In this document: positions 16,137-23,721 of the stretch, piece by piece
Layout of the letters: each line of letters begins with the position of its first letter
Numbering within the stretch: the first letter of the stretch is position 1
Origin: Candidatus Micrarchaeota archaeon
GTDB taxonomy: Archaea; B1Sed10-29; JACOVT01
Direction of reading: 5' to 3'
Assembly: GCA_016177165.1 (NCBI GenBank)
Contig: JACOVT010000038.1
Span: 1-26,805, forward strand
Length of the DNA: 26,805 bases
Translations under genes and position numbers: made by a program
The notes under the pieces: model-generated
Told to the model about the DNA's origin: nothing
The model's input: only the letters and a program-made list of their open reading frames with translations
Databases searched by the model: none

Positions 16137-17699
16137 ATGCTTAGGAAAACCCTTTTGATCTTGGTGCTGGCGGCAACTGCGCTTGCCAGCGTCAGCATCA
16201 CCTCGACAGAACAGTCCAAGACCGTGGCAAAACCCGACTTGGCGACGTTCTCGCTGCAGCTGAACGGCACCGGTTATTTCACTTTCGGCATTGACACCCC
16301 GCTCGACGTGTCCTTCTCACAAAAAACCATCAACCTGACCGGCACACCCCAGACGGTCCTCATGTTCGTTCTTACCAAGTTCGTTGACCCGGGCGTCTAC
16401 ATAATAACATTCAAGGCAACAGACGAGTCGTTTTCAACCACATCATACAAGTTCTTCCTAGAGGTCGAGGAAGGCACGCCCGACCTGATGATCTCGCCAG
16501 TCTACTCCCGCATTTCCGCGCTGCAGGGCGAACAGGCAAAACTCTCGTTCATCGTGCGCAACGAGGCAAACCAGGAAGTCAGGAACGTGATACTTCACGG
16601 CGACATATCTGACAAGTTCAACCCGGTCTACCCGGAAGTGTTTGACCTCGAGCCGCGCGAGTCAAAGACGGTCGACGTCCATGTCACCATCCCGCAGGAC
16701 TACCCTGCAGGCAAGTACAAGTTCACGGTGTCTGCCGCGCTCGGCAGCCTGGAACATGATGCAAGCACAGAACTGGTTGTAAAAAAGCGCGCCGAAGTCG
16801 CCGGCACGCTCACCGCAGAGCTGCTGCTTCCATGGGAACCGCTCAAGAGGAACGGCGAGACCGTCGGGTACACTCTCTTCCTCAGGGTAAAGAACCAAGG
16901 CTCCATGACCATGGATGGCGCCGAAGTGGTTTTCCAAGGCTTCCCGCCCGGGTGGGCCTTCAGCGGGGACACGCGTTTCTCAATCCGGCCGTTTGACGTG
17001 CGCGACCTAGCGCTTAACATCGAGCCAAACGGCGACTTCTCGGAGCACACTGGAGACATCGTGCTTGTAAAGGACTTGGAGACGATAACGCGCGCGCCAG
17101 TGACGCTCGCAGGCTTTAAGGTGGGAGTGTCAGCTTCGGGGCTGGCCACTCTCGGAGGCTTGGGAGGTTCGCTCACGGTCGGAGTGCTTTTCGTGGTGGT
17201 CATAGTTCTCGTGCTGCTTTTCGTGAGGCAGCGCAACAAGAAGACCGACCGCAAAGAGGACGACCACATCAAGCAATACTTGGAATCGCTTGTCTCAAAA
17301 GCCAAGGGCGAAATGCAAAAGGAAGCAAAGCCCGTCATGCCGGCCGCGCCGGTCCAAAAACCGGCCGCTGCAAACCAGTCCGGCAGCCGGCCTGAACAGA
17401 GGGCAAAGCAGCCTGAAGGCGACGTAGAGGAAGAGATCAGCGAAGTCACGGAAGAGCCGCAGCAAGAGTTCGAGGAATTCTCAGAAACCCTTGCAGAACC
17501 GGCTGCAGCAGAGCCAGAGTCCACCACTGTTACTGTTGAGACTGGCGAAGAATCACCAACAGAAGAGGAAGTCGAAGAGCTTTCAGAAGAGCCCGACGAG
17601 GACCAGCCGCTGGCGAGGCTAGTGAAAAAGGCATCCCAAGCCCCGCGCAGAAGGGTGGTCCGTCGAGTCGTGCGCAGGAAAGTCCGCGGTCGCAAGTAA
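16137..17699 (+). CDS. Secreted/type-I membrane protein with CARDB/NEW3-like Ig repeats and a charged cytoplasmic tail (520 aa)
   Basis: Signal peptide MLRKTLLILVLAATALA; Ig motifs (VRNE.N..V.NV.L...L.P.E...V.V.V.IP..YPAG.Y; VKNQG..TMDGAEV...GFP.GW); TM helix LTVGVLFVVVIVLVLLFV; a Glu-rich segment; and the Arg-rich end RRRVVRRVVRRKVRGRK. Confidence 0.8.
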   Translation: MLRKTLLILVLAATALASVSITSTEQSKTVAKPDLATFSLQLNGTGYFTFGIDTPLDVSFSQKTINLTGTPQTVLMFVLTKFVDPGVYIITFKATDESFSTTSYKFFLEVEEGTPDLMISPVYSRISALQGEQAKLSFIVRNEANQEVRNVILHGDISDKFNPVYPEVFDLEPRESKTVDVHVTIPQDYPAGKYKFTVSAALGSLEHDASTELVVKKRAEVAGTLTAELLLPWEPLKRNGETVGYTLFLRVKNQGSMTMDGAEVVFQGFPPGWAFSGDTRFSIRPFDVRDLALNIEPNGDFSEHTGDIVLVKDLETITRAPVTLAGFKVGVSASGLATLGGLGGSLTVGVLFVVVIVLVLLFVRQRNKKTDRKEDDHIKQYLESLVSKAKGEMQKEAKPVMPAAPVQKPAAANQSGSRPEQRAKQPEGDVEEEISEVTEEPQQEFEEFSETLAEPAAAEPESTTVTVETGEESPTEEEVEELSEEPDEDQPLARLVKKASQAPRRRVVRRVVRRKVRGRK

Positions 17700-17791
17700 C
17701 TTTTTAACGGGCAGCAACCTAATACCCGGCGGTAAGCATAGTCCCGCGCCTTCCCCACCGGCCTTAAAAACTCCCGTCTCCTTTTCACCGC

Positions 17792-18787
17792 GTGCTAGTA
17801 AGCAACGGTGGCGCAGTGCGGCTAGTGCTAAACAGCGGCGAAACACTCTTCCTAGACGCCACGTTCCGCTGCCGTTCCGGCATCGCGGGCGTCTCTCACG
17901 GCCATTCGGATCACTTGCGCAAGCACTCGACTCAAACGATAGCAACCAACCAAACAGCGCTGTTGTTTCCATCCTACTTTAACAACCCAGGGCTCGAGTA
18001 CGGCCAGCAACTAAAGATTGGCGATGCCCTCGTTTCCTTGCACGACGCGGGCCACGTGCTTGGGTCGGCCCAGTTCCGCATAGAAGAGGATGATAATGTC
18101 GTTGTATACACTGGCGACATGAAGGCCTCTCCCTCATTCCTTTTTGGGGGGGCTGAGCAGCCCGAGTGTGACACCCTCGTTATCGACTCGACCTTTGGAT
18201 CGCCCGAGTACAGTTTTCCGCCAGCATCGGACGTGGCGGAATCAATCAAGTCATGGGTTTCCACCCACTCTGACTCGAACGTGGTGTTCGGCGCCTACCC
18301 GCTCGGGAAAACTCAAGAGCTTGTTTCCATCCTAAATGGCATAGGCGTGCAGCCGATAATCTCGCGGCGCGCCTCCCACTTCTCGCACGTGTGCGACTGG
18401 TCAGGATTGAGGCAGGAGTTTCTTGAAAGCGGCACGCCCGAGGCAGAGCTTTCGCGCGCGCACGCATGCGTGGAAATAGTTTCCCCCTCACTGCTTCAGC
18501 GTTCCGCCGCCATCACCCGCAGCGAGAACGGCAAACGCACCCTTACAGCGCTAGCCACCGGCTGGGCCGGCTCTCCGCTAGCCAGTGGATGCGACAGGGC
18601 GTTCCCATTGTCGGGACATTCTGATTTTAGCGAGCTCTTGGAATACGCTGCCAGTTCGGGCGCAAAGCGCGTGCTAACAGTCCACGGGTTTGACCGCGAG
18701 CTGGCCGCCCATTTGCGAAAGCGCGGCATCAACGCACGCCCATTACACCTTGCCGGCGGAGCGCAGGCCAGAATAAGCGATTGGTAG
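17792..18787 (+). CDS. MBL-fold/beta-CASP-like (CPSF/Artemis-related) nuclease (331 aa)
   Basis: SHGHSDH, HDAGHVLGSA, YTGD, IDSTFG, AYPLGKTQEL, LSGHSDFSEL and HGF motifs. GTG start with CTTAAAAA about 22-29 nt upstream. Confidence 0.88.
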   Translation: MLVSNGGAVRLVLNSGETLFLDATFRCRSGIAGVSHGHSDHLRKHSTQTIATNQTALLFPSYFNNPGLEYGQQLKIGDALVSLHDAGHVLGSAQFRIEEDDNVVVYTGDMKASPSFLFGGAEQPECDTLVIDSTFGSPEYSFPPASDVAESIKSWVSTHSDSNVVFGAYPLGKTQELVSILNGIGVQPIISRRASHFSHVCDWSGLRQEFLESGTPEAELSRAHACVEIVSPSLLQRSAAITRSENGKRTLTALATGWAGSPLASGCDRAFPLSGHSDFSELLEYAASSGAKRVLTVHGFDRELAAHLRKRGINARPLHLAGGAQARISDW

Positions 18788-18790
18788 CGG

Positions 18791-19006
18791 CTACCTGAAG
18801 AACCTGAGGCTTCCGCCAGCCGCGCGCCTTTGTTTGTGCATGGTGGTGAGGCCAGTGGAAGGATGCCAGCCCGTGTGGCTAGGGTGGTGCCTCCGCAATC
18901 CGGTTGCCTGCCTTCTCAACCTTGCTGCCAGCACTCTGGCTCTTGCAAATTGTGCCGCCATCATGGCAGGATGCTTGGAACCTTTCGTTTTCTTGAAAAA
19001 TGTCAT
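18791..19006 (-). CDS. Small basic hypothetical protein (71 aa)
   Basis: Minus-strand TATAAAAA lies about 22-29 nt upstream of the ATG at 19006, and the ORF ends 3 nt from the convergent nuclease stop. No family recognised. Confidence 0.5.
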   Translation of the reverse strand: MTFFKKTKGSKHPAMMAAQFARARVLAARLRRQATGLRRHHPSHTGWHPSTGLTTMHKQRRAAGGSLRFFR

Positions 19007-19087
19007 TGGTTATTTACGCTCGGCCAAGTTTTTATATGGTGGGGATGCCCAGGAAAGCGTTTTAAATGAACCAGTCGTTGTCAGAGC

Positions 19088-19531
19088 ATGGTCCAAACCA
19101 TCCGGCGCGTTCGCGTGACCGGCGTGCCGCGCCTCGTGGTGCTGCGCGCGGTCGAGTCAATCGGCCTCGCGCTCATAGCAGACGCCAAGCAGAGGTTCGG
19201 TTCATCCGGCTTCAAGAGCGACCTGCGCGTAGACGAGAAAAGAGGATACGTGGAGTCGTTCATCAAGTTCTGGCCGTACAAGTACGACTTCATATGGCGG
19301 GTCGAAGGAGAGAAGCAGCTCAACGTTACTCTAGACTGCCGCACTGGCGGTAGCTGGTATGAATTCGCGTTCGACATAGCCCAGAAGGCGAGGACGCTCA
19401 CCGAGTCCCAATGGAGCGCGCTGCTCAACTTCTGCATGGGCTACCTGACCGCCGGAGCCGTTGCAAAAGGGGGCGTGAAGCAAGCGCGCAAGCACATCAC
19501 CCGGGCAAAAGGCGGAATCATTCACAGCTAG
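19088..19531 (+). CDS. Hypothetical protein (147 aa)
   Basis: TTTTAAA about 22-28 nt upstream, host-like codon usage and alternating beta-strand patterns. No confident family. Confidence 0.7.
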   Translation: MVQTIRRVRVTGVPRLVVLRAVESIGLALIADAKQRFGSSGFKSDLRVDEKRGYVESFIKFWPYKYDFIWRVEGEKQLNVTLDCRTGGSWYEFAFDIAQKARTLTESQWSALLNFCMGYLTAGAVAKGGVKQARKHITRAKGGIIHS

Positions 19532-19569
19532 CAGCTTAAATACGGGCTGCTCTTACTACAAGTGATACA

Positions 19570-19791
19570 ATGAGAGGACGTTCCCAACCCCAAAGGTGCT
19601 ACTACTGTGGCGGGCTATACCCGATAGACACAATGTCACGCTCGTTCAAGCGTCGCTTCTCCTACTTTGACGATCGCGCTGGAATAAGCTACGCAGGCCC
19701 TTCCGAGACGATATACGTCTGCCCCAAGTGCGGCCGCCGCCGCCACGTCCGCGACATGCGCCCCCACCGTGGAAGACCAAAGAAACGCTAA
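19570..19791 (+). CDS. Ribosomal protein eS26-like Zn-binding protein (73 aa)
   Basis: RGxxQPxRCxxCxxxxPxDxxxxxFxxR has the same spacing as the eS26 N-terminal motif recalled from eukaryotic RPS26 ([28 protein letters not shown]). A second CxxC is followed by VR and a basic tail. Confidence 0.65.
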   Translation: MRGRSQPQRCYYCGGLYPIDTMSRSFKRRFSYFDDRAGISYAGPSETIYVCPKCGRRRHVRDMRPHRGRPKKR

Positions 19792-19857
19792 GTCGCTGTG
19801 TAGCTGTTGAGCGGCTTTACCCCTCCCCTTGTCCTGCGGGATGGTGCCGTCATTCGG

Positions 19858-20940
19858 TCACTTCACGTAAACCGTGAGCGACAGGACAATCTCGAAGACG
19901 ATGAGCAGCACTATTAGGAACTCGAGCCAGACGTTGCGCTGGGCGTCCACGCGCGCCAAGGCGAGCGAGTAGAAGTCCTCGACCTCGTCCAACTTGCGCT
20001 CGACGTCGGCGTGCCATTCCTTCAGGCGCAGCTTGTCCGACGCTAGCGCGTAGAGTTTTCCAATATACCAGTCGCCGATAAAGGAAGACATGTTGTAAAT
20101 GTCGCTCACCACGTCCGTCACCTCGAGGCGCAGCTCGGCAATGTCGCGCGCGGTCTCGCTGATCCGTGCCGGTTTCAGCAGCAGGCCAGCCCGCGGGGAT
20201 ATTATCTCGCGCACTTGCGAGTAAGTCCGGTCGCTCTCCTTGATCAGCAGGTCGTTGTACGTCCGCAACTCTAAGAGTTGGGCGTTCGCCAACTCCAAGA
20301 TAGTTAACACGTCCCTCTCGTCATGCGGTTCTATCACCACTGCGCCCGTAAAACCGATGACTGCCAAGTCGTCATGGTAGTAGCTTATAGCCGACTCGCT
20401 CACGCGCTTTACTTCCTCATCGCTCAGCAGCGAGACGTCCCCCTCCTCGCGCAAGAGCGCAGCTATCACGCGCTCGTTCTCCTTGAGGACCTGGCCAGCA
20501 TCGATGCCCTCGTTCTTGATCACGATCACCTTGTAGTCTTCCGGCTCGACGTGGTGGTCGTAAGTGCTCTCCAAAGCTTCTTTCAAGTCGGACAGTATTC
20601 TGGATGATATCTCCACGGCTTTCTTTTCCAGCCCGATGGGCTTGTCTTTCAGCAGAGAACGCAACTCACCGTCAAAGCTTCTCCTGAACAGCACGCTCAC
20701 GACGCCCACGGCGAACACCCTTGCGGTTACCTCATACTGGGTTCCTTCAATCGTCTGTTTGCCGATGGGTATCTCGAGAGGCGCTGGCGTCACGCGGATG
20801 TATTCCGGCGTCAGCTTTGAGTAGACCAGCTGCTGTTCCCTTGGTTTCTTGTTCAACACCCGTTCAACGCGCTCTAGGGCGAACTCGCCGCCAGCATCAA
20901 AAAGGTAGTAATTGTTCACGTAGCCGGACAACACCTTCAT
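19858..20940 (-). CDS. RMD1/DUF155-family membrane protein (360 aa)
   Basis: 'ISYYHDDLAVI', 'ELANAQLLELRTYNDLL', 'GDWYIGKLY', 'W..DVERKL', and C-terminal 'LEFLIVLLIVFEIV'. Confidence 0.7.
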   Translation of the reverse strand: MKVLSGYVNNYYLFDAGGEFALERVERVLNKKPREQQLVYSKLTPEYIRVTPAPLEIPIGKQTIEGTQYEVTARVFAVGVVSVLFRRSFDGELRSLLKDKPIGLEKKAVEISSRILSDLKEALESTYDHHVEPEDYKVIVIKNEGIDAGQVLKENERVIAALLREEGDVSLLSDEEVKRVSESAISYYHDDLAVIGFTGAVVIEPHDERDVLTILELANAQLLELRTYNDLLIKESDRTYSQVREIISPRAGLLLKPARISETARDIAELRLEVTDVVSDIYNMSSFIGDWYIGKLYALASDKLRLKEWHADVERKLDEVEDFYSLALARVDAQRNVWLEFLIVLLIVFEIVLSLTVYVK

Positions 20941-22145
20941 GCGCCCACTGCCTGTTTTCTCTTGCTCTTCCTTTCAATGGCCAACATCCCGATGGTGTAT
21001 ATTATCACCGTGACCACTATGACGGTGAAAACTATGTCGGCGAACGCCTCGGTGCCCGCGACCCCCCTCGAAGCGGGCAGGTATGCCAATACAGCTGCCG
21101 TCAATCCGCGGGGCAGCATGATGGTCATTATGCTCCGGTCAAAAGGCGTCAGGTCGCGGTTCCGGTGGGTCGAGACACGCACCGCTACCGCGCGCGCAGC
21201 AAGCAGCGCCAATGCTATCGCGCCCCCGATTGCAAGCGCGCGGTAGTCCTTTATCGACACGATGATGCCGATGTACACGAAAAAGAAGGTGCGCGTGATG
21301 AATGATATGAATGAGTGGAAGTGGCGCGTGGTCTGATCCAGCGCAAACGGCTTTTGGATCTTGAACGTCCGCAGCACCTGCCGCGCATTGCCCAGCACCA
21401 CCCCGAACAGGAGCGCTGCAAGCGCGCCATTGCCCTGCATTAGTTCCACCCCGGAATAGAGCAGGAAAAGCAGCGACAAGGTGACCACGTACGAGAACTC
21501 TATCCTTGCCAGGCGGTGGTAGAGCGGCAGCCACGCTAGCCCTACGAGTATTCCGATGATCGCCCCTATGGAGAACTGGCCGACGAGCGTGCGCGCCGCG
21601 GTCAGCAGGTCTGCCGAACCGGCGAGCGCAAGCTGGCTTATTACTATGAACATGATTATGACAAGCACGTCGTTGATCGCCGTCTCAAGAGAGATCAGCG
21701 CTTTGGCAGCCTTGCTGGTGCCGGCAATGCGCGAGATACCTGACATGACTATGGCCGAGTTGGTGCCGCCGACAACAACTCCCATCAACAGCGAGTTTAT
21801 CACCGAGTATCCTGCAATGAACATAACCGAGGCGGCAGCAACCGCCGACAGGAAAAACGCGGCGAGAGTCAAAGCAACGCTGCTCTTTGCCTCGCTGAAC
21901 ATGCTGTACATGTCCATCCCGAGGCCGCCTTCGAACACGATGATGGCTATTGCAACAGCCGCGAAAAGCTCGACTATCCCGATGAACTGCTGCGGGTTGG
22001 CCACCCCGAACACGGGACCAAGCAGGAGTCCGAGGGCAAGCAGCCAGAGCACGCTCGGAACGTTAGTCTTGCGAAACACGAGTTCTCCTAAGAACCCGAG
22101 CAATAGTATCATCCCTACAGAAGCGAGTGCAACCTCTACCCCCAT
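20937..22145 (-). CDS. CPA1 (NhaP-like) cation:proton antiporter (402 aa)
   Basis: About 12-13 TM segments; 'IIVFEGGL', 'GGTNSAIV', 'LETAINDV' (CPA1 E...ND motif), 'FFFVYIG', 'LPRGLTAAVLA'. Confidence 0.9.
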   Translation of the reverse strand: MGVEVALASVGMILLLGFLGELVFRKTNVPSVLWLLALGLLLGPVFGVANPQQFIGIVELFAAVAIAIIVFEGGLGMDMYSMFSEAKSSVALTLAAFFLSAVAAASVMFIAGYSVINSLLMGVVVGGTNSAIVMSGISRIAGTSKAAKALISLETAINDVLVIIMFIVISQLALAGSADLLTAARTLVGQFSIGAIIGILVGLAWLPLYHRLARIEFSYVVTLSLLFLLYSGVELMQGNGALAALLFGVVLGNARQVLRTFKIQKPFALDQTTRHFHSFISFITRTFFFVYIGIIVSIKDYRALAIGGAIALALLAARAVAVRVSTHRNRDLTPFDRSIMTIMLPRGLTAAVLAYLPASRGVAGTEAFADIVFTVIVVTVIIYTIGMLAIERKSKRKQAVGA

Positions 22146-22197
22146 GAATAGGTTTAGCCAGTGAAGGCTTAAATATTACAAGCCCCTACTAATCCAG

Positions 22198-22512
22198 ATG
22201 GTTTTCTGCGGTTTGTGCAAACAGAACCGCGAGTCCAAATGCCGTTGGACAATAAAGGAACACGCAGTAGACAATTCCCTACTAAAGGACTTGCGAGTTT
22301 GCCATGGGTGCGCCACCTCGCTGGTGCGCAAAATGCTGATAGAGATCAACCCGCAAGAGGCAGCCAACGACACTATCGTGCTTTCCCGCACCGGCCTCAT
22401 CGACAGCGTGATGCTCAACAAGGACGACGAGCTCGAGGTCGCCATATCGATGGACGTGGCCAAAGCTAGGAAGATAGTCGAGGAAATACTCGCGGCTGCC
22501 GAGAAAAAATAA
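22198..22512 (+). CDS. Hypothetical protein with two CxxC pairs, putative Zn ribbon (104 aa)
   Basis: CGLC ... CHGC; CTTAAATA about 25-30 nt upstream. Confidence 0.65.
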   Translation: MVFCGLCKQNRESKCRWTIKEHAVDNSLLKDLRVCHGCATSLVRKMLIEINPQEAANDTIVLSRTGLIDSVMLNKDDELEVAISMDVAKARKIVEEILAAAEKK

Positions 22513-22561
22513 CAAGCCGGAAAAACAGGAGTAGAACCGCCAGAAGTGACTGTCGCAGGTG

Positions 22562-22656
22562 ACAGGAATGCCCGCTCGCAAAGCAGTTAACAGGAATGCC
22601 CGCTCGCAAACAGCACGGCCATCGATTAACCAGCACGGCCATCGATTAACCAGCAC
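22562..22656. repeat. Two abutting tandem duplications (28-bp period and 20-bp period)
   Basis: ACAGGAATGCCCGCTCGCAAA at 22562-22582 and 22590-22610; CAGCACGGCCATCGATTAAC at 22611-22630 and 22631-22650, plus CAGCAC at 22651-22656. Confidence 0.9.
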
Positions 22657-22688
22657 TCTATTACCCAGCAAGCGGCTTGCCATGGTCG

Positions 22689-22934
22689 CTACTTTTTACG
22701 TTTTGCCTTGATCTCCTCGTGCCCGTCCAAGAACGGCATGAGCTCCCTAATGAACTGCTCCTTGACCAGCCTGGGCGGCGGGAAAGGCGCCCAGTACAGG
22801 CGTGACACTCGTCCCCTGCGCAGGGCACCGATGCACTTGCAGTACGGCCGCATGCGTTCCTTTACCACCATTGCAGGGTAAACCGACCAGCCAAGGTCTG
22901 ACAAGCCGTCGACGTCAGCCATGCCACCACTCAC
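22689..22934 (-). CDS. Small hypothetical protein (81 aa; alternative ATG at 22922)
   Basis: The GTG start overlaps the upstream TGA stop (GTGA), suggesting translational coupling. Confidence 0.55.
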   Translation of the reverse strand: MSGGMADVDGLSDLGWSVYPAMVVKERMRPYCKCIGALRRGRVSRLYWAPFPPPRLVKEQFIRELMPFLDGHEEIKAKRKK

Positions 22935-23200
22935 TTGATGAAAAACCGTATCATTGCGCCTATGATGAACGCAAAAATCGCCAAGTTGGTGACGAGTATC
23001 ATGTAGAGCATGCGCCTGTTCTCGCGCGCATGGCGCGCGACTTCCCGCTTGTGCTGCTCGTAGTCGTGCAAAAGCACCTCGAGCTTGCGTATCTCCTCAA
23101 GCAGCTCATGCGAGGACACGGCGCCGGCAGCCGGCCTGAACTGCCGCTGCGGCTCTGCAGGTTGTACCAGTTCTTTCAATGGTTTCTTTTGGAATGACAT
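22931..23200 (-). CDS. Coiled-coil protein with a single C-terminal TM anchor (89 aa)
   Basis: Helical 'ELLEEIRKLEVLLHDYEQHKREVARHARENRR' followed by 'MLYMILVTNLAIFAFIIGAMI' and a basic end. Confidence 0.7.
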   Translation of the reverse strand: MSFQKKPLKELVQPAEPQRQFRPAAGAVSSHELLEEIRKLEVLLHDYEQHKREVARHARENRRMLYMILVTNLAIFAFIIGAMIRFFIK

Positions 23201-23266
23201 GAGAACACTCGTTGCTGCTGTTGGGACTCATTGTCGTTTATTAAACATTACTGTGAAAATAACATC

Positions 23267-23704
23267 ATGCAAACGAGACGCAATCGCAGGTTCGGGGTGG
23301 GAAGTAAAGACGCCACAAAGGTCCGACAGGCGGCCCGCATGATAACGGGCGCTGGACGCCCGCGAGAGTTGGAAGTTGAAGCACTAATAGAACTGCCGCT
23401 CAGGTTGCGCATTCCACAAGTTAGGACTTCACGCAGCACTGGAAGCAGCTGGTGGCTGCTCAGGCGCGTCATCCCGGCAGTCAGGTCAGGGAAGGCCATT
23501 CCAATAGCTCCATCGCCGCGCCTAAAAGGCGTACTTAGAAGAACCGGCGTCAAAGTGCCGACCACCGGTTTCATTAGAGTTAACCCATCGCAGGCCGAGA
23601 GCGCCGCAGCTGCTGGCTTCCACCTAGTAGGCGGAGCCTACGTCATACTCAAGCCCAATCAGCTGAGCGACCTCAGAAGGCGCGGCCTGATTGGCAGAGA
23701 ATAG
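23267..23704 (+). CDS. Arg-rich hypothetical protein (145 aa)
   Basis: TTTATTAAA about 22-30 nt upstream of the ATG at 23267. No recognisable family. Confidence 0.6.
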   Translation: MQTRRNRRFGVGSKDATKVRQAARMITGAGRPRELEVEALIELPLRLRIPQVRTSRSTGSSWWLLRRVIPAVRSGKAIPIAPSPRLKGVLRRTGVKVPTTGFIRVNPSQAESAAAAGFHLVGGAYVILKPNQLSDLRRRGLIGRE

Positions 23705-23721
23705 AGAAGTGAGAGCGGCGG

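Noticed and set aside
16700-17788. 362-aa Ser-rich minus-strand ORF
   Set aside because: Antisense shadow of the Glu-rich tail of the 520-aa gene (GAA/GAG codons read as Ser); no independent features.
18830-19118. Plus-strand ORFs of 79 aa and 94 aa
   Set aside because: No upstream TATA or SD signal, and they conflict with the TATA-supported minus-strand ORF 18791-19006 and the 19088 gene.
22562-22656. Possible mini-CRISPR array
   Set aside because: The units are contiguous tandem copies (20-bp unit) or separated by only 7 nt (21-bp unit). There are no unique 30-40 nt spacers, no leader and no cas genes.
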